DNA of 64,000 nucleotides from Chrysomallon squamiferum (taxonomy: Eukaryota; Animalia; Mollusca). The stretch lies in NCBI GenBank assembly GCA_012295275.1, contig CM022669.1:11160001-11224000 (forward strand), read 5' to 3'. The number at the start of each line of letters is the position of its first letter. The stretch's first letter is position 1. Made by a program: the position numbers and the translations under genes. This document shows, piece by piece, positions 14,116-27,758 of the stretch. Under the pieces are notes generated by a model. It had not been told where the DNA came from. It made no database searches and worked only from the letters and a program-made list of their open reading frames with translations.

Positions 14116-15797
14116 TACAAACACTAATACAAACACACATATAAAGCACATAAAGACGCATATATCCACACATACAAATTATCAAAGTTTTACACGAACT
14201 CTGAGTGTTTCAGTGTACAGTCTCTCATTAGCACGACTCTCTTGTAATGTTGTACAGCTGCTGTTGTTGTTTCTAACTTACTGAATATTCATAAGTTACG
14301 AAAGAAAGGAAAAAGTATCGGGTGTTCGTAATAAGCCCATTGTCTTCTTAATCCATTTGTTTCATTAACTCTCACTTTCACAGAGCGGCAGTTTTGCTGT
14401 TGTTAAAAATCATTAAGCCAGACGAAGTCGTTTAAATAACGAGAATCAGCAACATGTCATAGATTATACAAGAGACTAATGAGTCTGTTTACATTAAATA
14501 TTTGCGAGTTGCACTGAAAATGCCTTTCTTGCCGTCGTCCGCTAGGTGCACTGGCAGATGTTAAACTCTTGTCTGAAGTTTCCCCGTCAACATTTCCCCG
14601 TGGGTTTCTCATTTAGAAAGTAATCAAGCTACTGTGAGTTTAATTAAATAATTGAATCAGGTTCTTCCGCAGAAAATAGACCTGGGTCGGGTTATGGTTG
14701 ACCTTCGACGTGGCCACTCGTGAAACCAATTAGATACGTTATGATACGTCATGTCGCTTTCGCAAACGCAGACGATTTGTCTTTTCGACAAATCGGCAGA
14801 CGTCAAAACCAAGCACGACATTTTTCGCACAAAAACCCATCTTGTCGTTTTTATCAAAATATGCTTCCTGCTTGCATGCCGCTCGAGTTTGCGAGTAGAT
14901 CTAAGACAGATTTTAAATCACTGCAATGAATTTTTGCGTTTTTCTTAAAATACGTTTCCTGTTTGTTTGACGTATCGTGTTTCTGCACAGATCGCTACGT
15001 CAGAATGATTAACTGTTCGTAACTTGAAGTGTAATTACAAAACAGGCGTTTGCTGAAGTGAGTGCTTTTAAAAAAATAATTTTAAAAAAATCTAGCTTCA
15101 GGGAATCATCTACAAACACAAACAATAGATAATTGATAGTAATAAATGTTAACAGTTTACTTTGTACTTGAGTAGATTTGGAAATAATTACACGCGAGGG
15201 TAATGATTGCTGATAGCATTTCTCGGATAGTTATTACATCATATCGTATTTGTAGAGTGGATTTTTGTTTGTTTGTTGTTGTTTTTTTTGTACATTTATT
15301 TCCGAGGATTAATGTGTTCAGATATTAAAATACAATTATCAACGTTTCTAGGAGTGGTTTTATTTAATTAACATGATTATCTTATTGATTTTTATTTTTG
15401 TTTTTTGTATTTTTCAAATGAATACAACCTTCATCCTTATTTTGAAAGCAAAACATTATTTTCTTTATTTTTTCTCTCTCTATTTATTCATTCATTCATT
15501 CATTCATTCATTCATTCCTGTCTTGTTTAATAAATATTAAATCTTTTTTTATTATTATTATTATTGTCGTGATATACACACTCTGTCTCTCCTTCTCCCT
15601 CTCTCTTTTTCTTGATATATATGTACACAGACACACAAACTCAATACACACAAATACACACACACACACATATACATACATACAAAAATTAAAAAAAGAA
15701 GGCAAAACAAAAATGTGAGAGATGCTGAAAAAAGAGATAATGAAAAAGAAACTGTCTGTTTAATCTCTTCTTTCTATATACCTTTCTCTCTGTCCTA

Positions 15798-15851
<54 letters not shown>

Positions 15852-17323
15852 TACATACAAACACAACACGTCAGCTAGACGACATTAAGAAGCATCCACG
15901 GGCTAAGTCTGTTCGCTGATACAAAGGTTGAGCCACCGTGCTTCAACGAGTCAAAGGTTTTACAACATAAGTCAGCAAGTCCTGCCTGACACTTGATGAG
16001 CCGCTCCACTCCTAAATTGTTTCGTGCTCCCGTCAAAAGATTTAATCATCGCAAAGAGCGCCACCTGGTGCCAGAGTTCAGACATCACTGTAGATTTATG
16101 GCCCTTGTAAAAGATAAAATTGCCGGCTTTGCCATTGGATGGTGCAGTCTTTGATTTGATTTCATTTCGCTGGGTGGAATAAAGTGAGGCATCCTTCTCG
16201 TCCGGACATAATTACCGATTCTTCTCAATCATAAATCACGTCGGGGAAGACGCCTAGTAAATCAACCAATAGAAACGTTTCTCCTAATGACGTATTAGTT
16301 ATTATATATGTTCGTACTTCGTTGTTCATTTCAGCTTCCTCTGACAACACAAGAACACAATATATTTTTTTTGTTTTGTTTTGTTTCATTCGTTAAATGA
16401 AATACATACACCAGTTAACAGTGGAAATGTTTAGGGGTGATATTAATAGCAAAAAAAACCCCACAAAAAACACAAAAAAACCACACAAAAAACAGAAAAA
16501 GAAAGAAAGAAAGAAAACATATATTGTTAAACGAAATAGAGTTATCCATCATTCATTCATTCATTCATTCACACATGTACATGTTTCTTATGGAAAAACA
16601 AATTTAACTAAATTGATGAATACAATTAAATATAAGAACTTTCATATATAATAAACTCTATTGCATATTACATTATATGAATCGTTATAAATTATTAAAC
16701 ATATCCAAAACAGTTATAGATGACTGACTGTAGTAAAATTAAGACCTTTTTAAAAATAATGAAAACTTCAAAACCTCCAAAAAAAAAAAAAGGAAAAAAA
16801 GAAAAAGAAAAAAAGGAAATTATAAATAGAGATTACTTCTAATTATCTGTTAGATTTAGTTTAATACACAAGTCATATAACATTAACCTGAAGCAGGGAA
16901 AGAAAAATAATCCTGTAAGACCTCTCAGATCAGATTTGATCCCGAAAACCTTGATATGTCAGGCTGATGTTTTCAGATTAAATCTCATCTGAAGAGGCAT
17001 CAGCCGAGCTGTGTGTGAAGTCGCTAACGACGTGTGCTCGCACGTCATCGAACATCAGCGCGTTTTCACACGTCATCAAACGCGCGTTTTCATACGCGCA
17101 TGTCATCAGACATCAGCGCGTTTTCATACTCGCATTATCAATTTCTGAACATTAATACGAGCCGCACCGAAATAAAATAACCCAGTCTCATCACGCTGTC
17201 GCGTTGTGTGTGTGTTTCTTTCAAACTCGCGTTTTACACTCGCTCGCGTGACTAATATGACAATTACGGTAGACACGAACCGACGTATTCCCCGCGACAG
17301 GCCGGCACGCCTCACCCCCAACC

Positions 17324-17355
<32 letters not shown>

Positions 17356-17822
17356 CACTCCCAGTGTGACAGCGCGCGCACACAAACTCATGGAATATAT
17401 CAAACTTGCTATGCTCGTTTAATCAGCACTGTCGGATCGGATACGCGTCTTCATCCAGTCGGAATCCCTACAAATACAATCGCTGCCGTCTGCAGCGAGA
17501 AGTCAAACCAAGTCTGACAGCGGATGGCTTTTCGCATTTTTATGTCTCTTAAAGCGCAGATTCTTCTGCCTCGCGCTCACTGTATTAAAATAATACGTCT
17601 CTCACTGTCCATAATTTCTTGTCCGATAGATGGTCTTTGTCAGCCTTCTTGTTTATGTCTCGTTTTTGAGAGTGCTGAAACGAGGTCTAGTGTGCGTTGT
17701 AAAATCTGTCTTCGTTATTTCCACCACTTAGTTGTCTCCCTTTGCAGTTAATTTATCAAAAGACATGGTATGTACCTTCCTGTCTTTGCAAAGGTCCTTA
17801 TGAGTTGTTTTGTTTTTTCGTT

Positions 17823-18176
<354 letters not shown>

Positions 18177-19440
18177 TAAAAATATCTCAGAAAGTCAGTT
18201 TTACTTATTGAAATACATACAGAAGCAAATTGTTTTTAATTTGACATAATATTTAGCATGTCACCTTTGGGCACTAATTAAGTAATTATTTATTTACGCA
18301 CGTCTTTAACTTAATATCTTTAGACATCTTGTTTTGATTTTGTCAAGACAACAGTTAGATAATTTAGTTTTCTCCCAGGATAATTATCTTCGAAAATCTT
18401 TTCTTAAAAGGCTTGGAAATAAGGGCACTTCAGACTATTTTTGTTTAATCAATGACTGTCATGTTATTGTTGTTGTTTTTGTTCTTGTTCTTCTTTTTCT
18501 TCTTCTTCGTCTTCTTCTTTTTATTATATTATTATTATTATAATAATTATTATTATTACAAACTAGTGTGTAGTACTAGTAACAGTAGTAGTAGTAGAAG
18601 TAGTAGTAGTAATAGTATTTATCGAAAAGTAGTGAAAATACTTATAGCGGTAATAGTAGTAGTAGTAATAGTCGTAGTGATGGTAGTAGTAGTGGTAGTA
18701 GTAGTAGTAGTCTTCTTCTTGATGGTTGTAGTAGTTATGGTGTTGTTGCTGTCTCATTTGCTTAAACCTTTGATAGGAATATTTTTAGAAATGGCTTTTT
18801 ACATAAATCATATAGCTCACATGACAGTAGCATTATAGTTCTATATTTGTCTATGTTTATTTAATTCATTCATTCACTCACTCACTCACTCACTCAGTAT
18901 ACTGATTTTTTTTTTCTTCTCCATCGAGAGTTGTGGACCTTCGCCAAGAAACGCTTCAAATTGAAGCAACTGGAATCATCAGAAACGAAAACAAATCAAT
19001 AAGGAATAACAAATCGCAAAACTAATACACAACTGAATGGTGTACGCGTCTTGTACTGAAGTTGTTTCCTACGTCTAGCCGTCGATGATCAGAAATATTC
19101 AGTTTTGAATAAATGCAATTTTCAGATGCCAGTTGTAAACGCTTTGAGTTAAGAAAAAAAAAAAAAAAAAAATGTTATCACCATTGGTTATTGAAACATC
19201 GCAGTTTGGTTGTAGGTGTTGTATGACTGTTTAACAAACCCGCCTTTACTCATTCGCTCTCGGTGAATACGAATCCCCGGAATCCATTTGTAGTTGTTGT
19301 CATTTGAACAGAAGGTGATTTACTGCGATTTTTACAAGTCTGGGATTAGCTTGCCAAAATGTATAAATCAGACACCGCGAGTTGTTATTTCGAGCATAAA
19401 TTATTCGGACCTCTTTCACACTGGAAAACTTTCTGTCATA

Positions 19441-19515
<75 letters not shown>

Positions 19516-19664
19516 TCCATACATACATACATATAGAATACATACATATAGAATACATACATAATACATATATATATATACACACAGTTACATACCATTC
19601 ATTGAACATATTCCCACACAAAGTTACCTCCCTTCGTACAAACATTCACACAAGACAAACATTC

Positions 19665-19890
19665 AAACACATACATAATATATATATACTTACTAAGAAG
19701 TGTGTACAAACACATACATAATATATATATACTTACTAAGAAGTGTGTACAAACACATACATAATATATATATACTTACTAAGAAGTGTGTACAAACACA
19801 TACATAATATATATACACTTACTAAGAAGTGTGTACAAACACATACATTAATATATATACACTTACTAAGAAGTGTGTACAAACACATAC
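19665..19890 (+). repeat. ~43-bp near-perfect minisatellite (ACTTACTAAGAAGTGTGTACAAACACATACATAATATATATAT), 5 copies
   Basis: Directly visible in the sequence. Confidence 0.93.
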
Positions 19891-22163
19891 GACTGCAACA
19901 CGTACGTCGTAGATTCGATCTCGCGAACATTCACACACGATCATACCGACAAGAACCTTTCTAAGCTTCGATGTGGTTCTGAGGGCGGGGCAGACAGCAG
20001 AGCGTGCGGGGTGATAGGGCATGGGGGCGGATACATATACATACGTACGTACGTATATACATACATAAGGTTGTCTTGATGACCGAACGGTAACATCGTC
20101 CGTCTTCAGAGTGCGGGCGAATGGGCATCATACGTTCGAGTCTCGTCAGCGGCATCTGACGGGTTTTTGATTGGACTTTGTCCTGCTGCGCCAGTGCGTT
20201 CCCGAATATTGTCTGTGTGCAGAGTCTAAATGGACGTACATTGAGTTGTCAGTGCAAAACAACAGAACACTAAAAAGTAAAATAATGGTGGATGCACGCT
20301 GGGTTTTTTTAATGTTATAATTTATTGTTAGGAAAGTTTGGTGCCTAATAATTCCAATCACTTATACTGACATGAAACGTATTTAGCATATTTAATTTTT
20401 TCATTGGTGAATACAGACTTTAACATTTTATCGATATGTTTACAAAAGACTGTAAATCGTGTTAAATGTATTTTTCTTTTTCTTTTTTCTTTTACTTCTT
20501 CCCTTCTTTAATTCCGTTTCACTTCCTCCTCTTTCATTCTTATTCATTCTTTCTCTTCTTGTCACTTTTGTAAAAATAACTGGCATTTAAAAAAAAAAAA
20601 AAAAAAAAAAAAACACACTTATTATAGATTTAAAGAGCATTTTGATTTATGTTGTTAACTTACGATCATTTTTTTTTTTACCTCTCCTCTCGTTTACTTT
20701 AGCCTTTTCTTTTTTTATATATATATATTTTTTGGTTTCTTAAATATATGACGTGACTTGACTCATACATATTCTTATTTACCGTAAGAGCAAAAAAGAA
20801 GAAAAAAAAATCCTGTATTTTAGAGTGTTTCTGATAATTGCAGTATTAGTACCTTTTACTGTGTTTTCCATTTCTTCTCCTCATCTTTTTATTTTTCATT
20901 TTTCAATTATTTTTTTTCCCACATTTTGTTTAGACCACTCTGTTCTGGTGTGCGTGACGTTTGATTATGAAGATTGCGTACTTCTACAGTTGGCATCAAC
21001 TTGTTCTAATTGCAGACCGAAGGGTGTCTTCGCAACACGCGATACAAAATTTCTTGTCCTGCATGCGATTCAGTTGTTCGCTTCAGAAATGATTGCTCAC
21101 CAAGAATCGGGCTCAAAAAAAAAAATAAAATAAAATAAAATAAAAAATCCTTAAACAAGAAAAAAAAAGTAAATAACCTTAAGTGATTGATAATGAACCA
21201 GCAAATTTGTAGAAAGTATGCTTTATTTTTATTAATTTTTTTTTTAGATGACTTTTTTTCTCATTTTTTTTATTTTTATTTTTATTTTTGTTTTTTGTTT
21301 TGTTTTTTCATTCTTTTTTTTTCTTTATTTCATGTTAATGTTTATTTACATATTTGTTTTATTACTATTTATTTATTTATTTACTTTTTTAATTCGATTT
21401 GTTTTAATTTGTTAGAGTAAAATTATTTTTAAATGAAGTTAAATGTTTCTGATTTAAAACTGTTTTTAACAATTAATCATACAAGAGGGATATTCCACAT
21501 TTACATCTGAAATGAAAATAGGTTTCTACCTCTTATAATTCCCGTTCCAACCAAAGCCTTAAACTGTATGTGTTTCTCAGCTTTCTGCATGCAGACAGAG
21601 ATAAATCAACAGATAAATAGACAGACAGTCAGACAGATAGATAAATGGAGAGACAGACAGATAGGCGGATAGATATACAGACAGACAGATAGATACACAG
21701 ACAGATATACAGATATGGCAGCGTGTTTTCTAATTCAGATTACCCTGAGTTAAACAAAATACTTTTCTCAGGTAAATGTTAATGTTACGGTACGAGTGAC
21801 TCTTTCTCCGATCTTTCACGGAGGAATTCACCAAAAGAACGTTACTTCTAGGAATCCGACTTTATGCCCGCTTCACCAGTTTTCAATTTCTTCATTGTCA
21901 AATGACCGTTTACAATAGCGACCGTAAATCTGTCCAAGGTTTTTATTTTTCTTCTTTTTCTTTTCATTTATTTTTTGTTCTAAATTCAACAAGGTATATG
22001 GTAATTGCATTTAGAAGTTTTGTTTTAATCTACTTATACCTTCGATGTAAATGAATGTGTCTAGTCGTGTGTACAGAGGCATGAAATAAAAAGATAAATA
22101 TGTTACTGTGTTTCTTGTTTTTTAATTTGACTTGTATGTAACACTGGGTTAGTGTTCAATGTG

Positions 22164-22603
22164 TTTTGACGGTGTGTGTGTTTTCATTGCAGAAGCGGTT
22201 AAGCTGGAACCCAATTTTGACTGTGTGTGTTTTCATTGCAGAAGCGGTTAAGCTAGAACCCAGTTTTGACGGTGTGTGTGTTTTCATTGCAGAAGCGGTT
22301 AAGCTGGAACCCAGTTTTGACTGTGTGTGTTTTCATTGCAGAAGCGGTTAAGCTAGAACCCAGTTTTGACTCTGTGTGTTTTCATTACAGAAGCGGTTAA
22401 GCTAGGACCCAGTTTTGACTGTGTGTGTTTTCATTGCAGAAGCCGTTAAGCTGGAACCCAGTTTTGACTGTGTGTGTTTTCATTGTTGTAGAACCCAGTT
22501 TTGACTCTGTGTGTTTTCATTACAGAAGCGGTTAAGCTAGGACCCAGTTTTGACTGTGTGTGTTTTCATTGCAGAAGCCGTTAAGCTGGAACCCAGTTTT
22601 GAC
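22164..22603 (+). repeat. Tandem array of 9 units (49-51 bp, one 37-bp truncated) spanning the intron/exon boundary of DIP-like exon A
   Basis: Unit TGTGTGTGTTTTCATTGCAGAAGCGGTTAAGCTGGAACCCAGTTTTGAC read directly from the sequence. Confidence 0.97.
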
Positions 22604-22684
22604 GTTCCAATGGCTAACGTGAGCGTGAAGGAGGGAAAAACAGCCATACTGCCGTGTTCAGTGAAATTTCTAGGAAGACATCAA
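22575..22684 (+). CDS. DIP-like exon A, N-terminal half of Ig1 (xAVKLEPSFDVPMANVSVKEGKTAILPCSVKFLGRHQ)
   Basis: Acceptor ttttcattgcAG at 22573-74 and donor GTaatt at 22685. Length 110 nt, phase 1 to 0. Confidence 0.9.
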
Positions 22685-22741
22685 GTAATTTTTATAAAAA
22701 TTATATTCTTCATATTATTATTATTAAGCATGCACATACTT

Positions 22742-22776
<35 letters not shown>

Positions 22777-25158
22777 TATTATTATTATTCTTATTCTTAT
22801 TCTTATTCTTATTCTTATTATTCTTATTTTTATTCTTATTCTTATTATTCTTATTATTATTATTATTGCTACTGCTATTGTTGTTACTGTTATTATTATA
22901 TTTTTTTTTTTCATTGCTTGGATGTGTTTGGTTTTTTTTGTGATTTTTTTTGTTTTGTTATTGTTATTTATTTATTTTAAAATTCGATTAAAACATATAT
23001 TTTATGTTATGCACTTGGACGAATGGATGTTTATGTTACGTGTATGCATGTATGCATGTATGTATGTACATACGTATCAATGTACATAATTATGTATGTA
23101 TGTATGTTTCTATGTACAACGAGTCTATAAATCCCTGAATAAATGATATATGTCAGTATATTTGTATGTATGAACGTATGTATGTATGTTTGTCTGAATG
23201 TTTGACTGTTCGTATTCATAAATATAAATATGTCTCTATAATGGTTGTTTTTTTGTCCACGTACTGTAGTTTCTAAACATGTAAAATTAATTAATATTAA
23301 TATTACTGTGTTCTGTGCGTGGCTGTGTGACTCAGGCGAGTGATGTTTGTATTCCAGGCAGACTACACGAGAAGTGAGATGTTTAACAAATCGTCTGTTT
23401 TGTAGCCCATTGGACGACAAACGAAGGAGTTTTAACCTAATAAGAGATCCACGTTTCAAGGAATGAAACAAAATTAGATTACGAAAAGAAAAATGTTTCG
23501 TTAAAACAGATTAAAGTACAGAAATAAATTGGTCATGTTTTCAAAATACGTAATTGTGTTTTGGATTAAAAAAAAAAAAAAAAAAAAAAAAAGAAAAGAA
23601 ATTAAAATAACAACATCGCAGGAGATTTAACAAACCTTTTTCTTCTGTGTAACGGATCGCAACTTTGCATGTTTTGATACAGATTGGGGCAAATTTCTAA
23701 TTACATGTTTTAGTCGGTACAGATCGCAAAGGGGACTGATAGGTTTGGATTTTAATTTCTGTTTTGTGTGATCTATCTTATTTAACCTGTAATTTAGGGT
23801 ATTTCAAAACATATATTTTAAGGCCGTTTTGTTCCCTGTATTATATTTAGTGGATGTTTATGTTTTTATGTGTGTTTTTACTTTTACTTTATGCTTAAAC
23901 TGCACTTAAAATTTACTATAAAAAACCCACAAAAACCCCAGGGGATAATAATAAGGGTTGTGTGAATGATGAGAGTAAATGAACTGATTTGTAATTAATA
24001 AAAAGAAGTGTATCTGAGTCTAAATGAGTGTGTTTGTTGTTGTGTATATGAATTTGGTAATAGAAAAGATTAGCATGAGTGTGTGCGTGTGTGTGCGTCT
24101 GTGTGTGAACTAGATACTAAAAATGTGTCAGTTGATGTTTTTTAATAACTGTGTATGTCTATCAGATAATAAAAGACGTATGTTTGTGTATGTGAGCGCA
24201 TTTTGTGATAATAAAAGTGTATATGTGTGTTTACATGTATTTGATAATAAAAGGTGCATGTGTGTTTTTCATTGGGTGTTGCTATATATTTGAAACTGAG
24301 GGTGTGTGTCTGTGAAGATTTGTGTATTTGATAATAAAGTGTATTTTATTAATTACGTTTTTATTTCTGTGTTTGTGTTTGTTTGTATATTTGATATTAA
24401 AAAGTGTATGTTGTGTTAGTTTTTGATAATCAAATTTGTATGTGTTTTAGTGCACAAATATATTTACAAACATAAATATAAGAGGACACGTAGACACACA
24501 CAAACATACATATAAATATACATATATACATACAGAAATGTACATACATACATACATACACACACATGCACATACATATATACATACACATACGTATACA
24601 CATACAAACACACACACATATATATATACACATACAAACATACACATACATAACTATACTTACACATATACATACATACATACATACATACATACACAGG
24701 TATATACACACATAAAAAACACGTACATACACGTACATAACAGACACTCAAAAAAGTACACACTCATTTCTGATTAATTTCGTGTTTCCAGGTGGTGTGG
24801 ACTGACCAGTGGTCAACGTTGCTGACGTTTGAAGATCGCCGAATCATCGATGATGAGCGAATCAGTGTTGAACGTCCGTTCACCGAGGACTGGAACATGC
24901 ACATTCGTTCGGTCAAACACAGCGACCAGGGCATCTACAACTGCCAGGTGAACACGAGTCCGGTGAAAATCAAAACTGTGGACCTCAAAGTGTTTGGTGA
25001 GTTGTGACATGAGAAATTTAGTATATGCAGGATGAGTCCGGTTCAGCTGTAGATAGTCTGAGAGAATGCCTTTGTGTAATATTCTGAATGTACGCGAATT
25101 CAGTATGACTGGTAAACATATTGTTTTTATTATTATTATTCTTTTGGGTTTTTTGTGA

Positions 25159-25197
<39 letters not shown>

Positions 25198-25824
25198 TGT
25201 GTGTGAGTGTGTGTGTGTGAATGTGTATGTGTGTTTGTGTGTGTGTGAGTGTGTATGTGTGTATGTGTGTGTGTGTATTAAACAGAATGAAAGAACGAAG
25301 TGAGGGAGAAAGAAAGAAATGAGATCATCGGATAGATGAAAACAACAACAACAACAATAATAATAATAAAAGCAATAACAACAACAATAATATTAATAGC
25401 ATTAATAACAACAGCAACAACATCAATGTTAATAACATTAACAACAACAACAACACAAAAATAATAATAATAAAAACAATAGCAACAATAATTGCCTTAA
25501 GGGAAGACAAAATAGCAAACAATATGAGATATTAAAAACCTGTGGTGGACTGAAATAAAGTAATATTAATCTGTATCATACATACGCACTCTCACACCCA
25601 CCAACTACACTTCAAAGAATCAAAGAGATTCTTAATTCTGTAAGCTTACCTTCAAACGAGTGTCCTTTGAAGATACTGCTTAGCGGGTCAAGAAACGTTT
25701 TCCATTGTGATGACGTCATGCAATTGTTGATTAACTTCAACGAACTGAGTTGTTACATTCGTATTATTTATTTATTTATTTATTTATTTATTGTTGTATT
25801 GTAAAGATTTTTTTTTTTGATTAT

Positions 25825-25907
<83 letters not shown>

Positions 25908-26524
25908 ATTGTATTAATGTTTCTTCAGTAAATTAATTCATTTTATTATTTCTGTCAGATTTATCCCCTTCTTGAAAAACACGCTCAACAAAAGATTATA
26001 TCAACATCTTTATTTATGAATATGTCTTTCATTATGAATTTTTTTTATAAACAGCATGATTAAAAAAAAAAGATAACAAAAAAATAATAATTAAATAAAT
26101 AAAATAAAATAAAAAGTATAAGACAAGAAAAATGTAGGTTAAGCCAATACGCCGTAAGGATCCATATGCCTGTGTAATTAAAACTTGCTCTAAAGATATC
26201 ACAGGTATCAATTTCAACCATCATCTGACACTGCTATGTCATTTTACCAGTGACGCCTAAAATAAACAAACCCAATTGGCGATCAGCTGACTAACAAGCT
26301 TATTTTCTTTGGGATAATTATCCTGCTAAAATGGACAGCTAATGGACACTGTCTAGAAATTCGAGTTAAAAGATGTCACGCACTCACTGAATGGAAATCT
26401 GGTCGCGCAGTTTTATAGAAATCACAAATTAGCTTCACGAAAAGACATCAAGACATGTTGTAAATGACATCTTTAAGTCTGTCTTAATATAATTAAGCAG
26501 GCGTGCCATGGTTTAATTTCCGTG

Positions 26525-26600
<76 letters not shown>

Positions 26601-26615
26601 AGAGAAAGAAAAAGC

Positions 26616-26698
<83 letters not shown>

Positions 26699-27112
26699 AT
26701 ATAAACAATTTATTCAATATTACAGTTCCCGCCAAGATTCTGAACAGACACGCCTCAGACCACTTCACAGTAAGAGAGGGCGACACTGTCACGCTGGCTT
26801 GCAACGTCACAGGCATTCCCATGCCAACCGTCACGTGGTTCAGATACAAGATCAGAGATAATAAAATCAAAACAGAAGTTCCCTTTTGTAAAGGAACAAA
26901 CAGTAAGAATGAATAACCGCAAAATGAGGTTTTCTTTCTGTTATCTTTATATATGTTATATATTATATATATGGGTACCTTTAGTTGTACATTTATTTCT
27001 GTATAATTAAATATTTAAGTAAAGCACGTATAATGGATTTTGGTAAACATTCTGTAACTGGGTTTAGTCCACGTTAATATATAATGTATTAATATATATG
27101 AAAATTCTGAAC

Positions 27113-27156
<44 letters not shown>

Positions 27157-27723
27157 AAAACAAAAGAAAAAAAAAAGAATAAGAAAATCATATGGCATGA
27201 GAAATCTACAGTGACCAAATTCTCATAAAAATTTTGCCCGCCTTTGAGTGTTTACACTGAATAAAATGATGACGTCATGATCGATCCATATTCTTATAAC
27301 CTACGCTATTAATATACACGTATTCTGCGCATCACACCACTATAATACTTATAAATATTAGCTGAGGTGTATAAATTTTGGTTGACAGTGTAATCATCAT
27401 TATATGTTTCAGGGATAGGAATGAACGGCGAGGTGCTGCTGATATATAACATAAGTCGACACTGTGGCGATGTTTACGAGTGTGTTGCTGACAACGGCAT
27501 CCCTCCTTCAGTCAGCAGGCAGATGAGGGTGTCTGTGGAATGTAAGTTACTTTGAATAACACTGACAAATTCTTATAGAATACAATACATAAATAAAGGA
27601 CTTCGTCGAAAATAAAACTGCGTTAACCAGAAATATATAATGCACTAATTTCTCATTAAAAATACTAGAAACGTAAATTCAGAATACATTTTAAGTGTTA
27701 AATTAATAAATTAATTTAAAAAA

Positions 27724-27758
<35 letters not shown>

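Noticed and set aside
22164-22603. CRISPR-like appearance of regularly spaced repeats (also 3690-4080, 19665-19890)
   Set aside because: The units are contiguous with no unique spacers, there are no cas genes, and the context is eukaryotic.
22690-23089. Long hydrophobic 'transmembrane' extension of ORF 22550..23089
   Set aside because: It is read-through into an (AAT)/(ATTCTT) intronic microsatellite past the donor at 22685.
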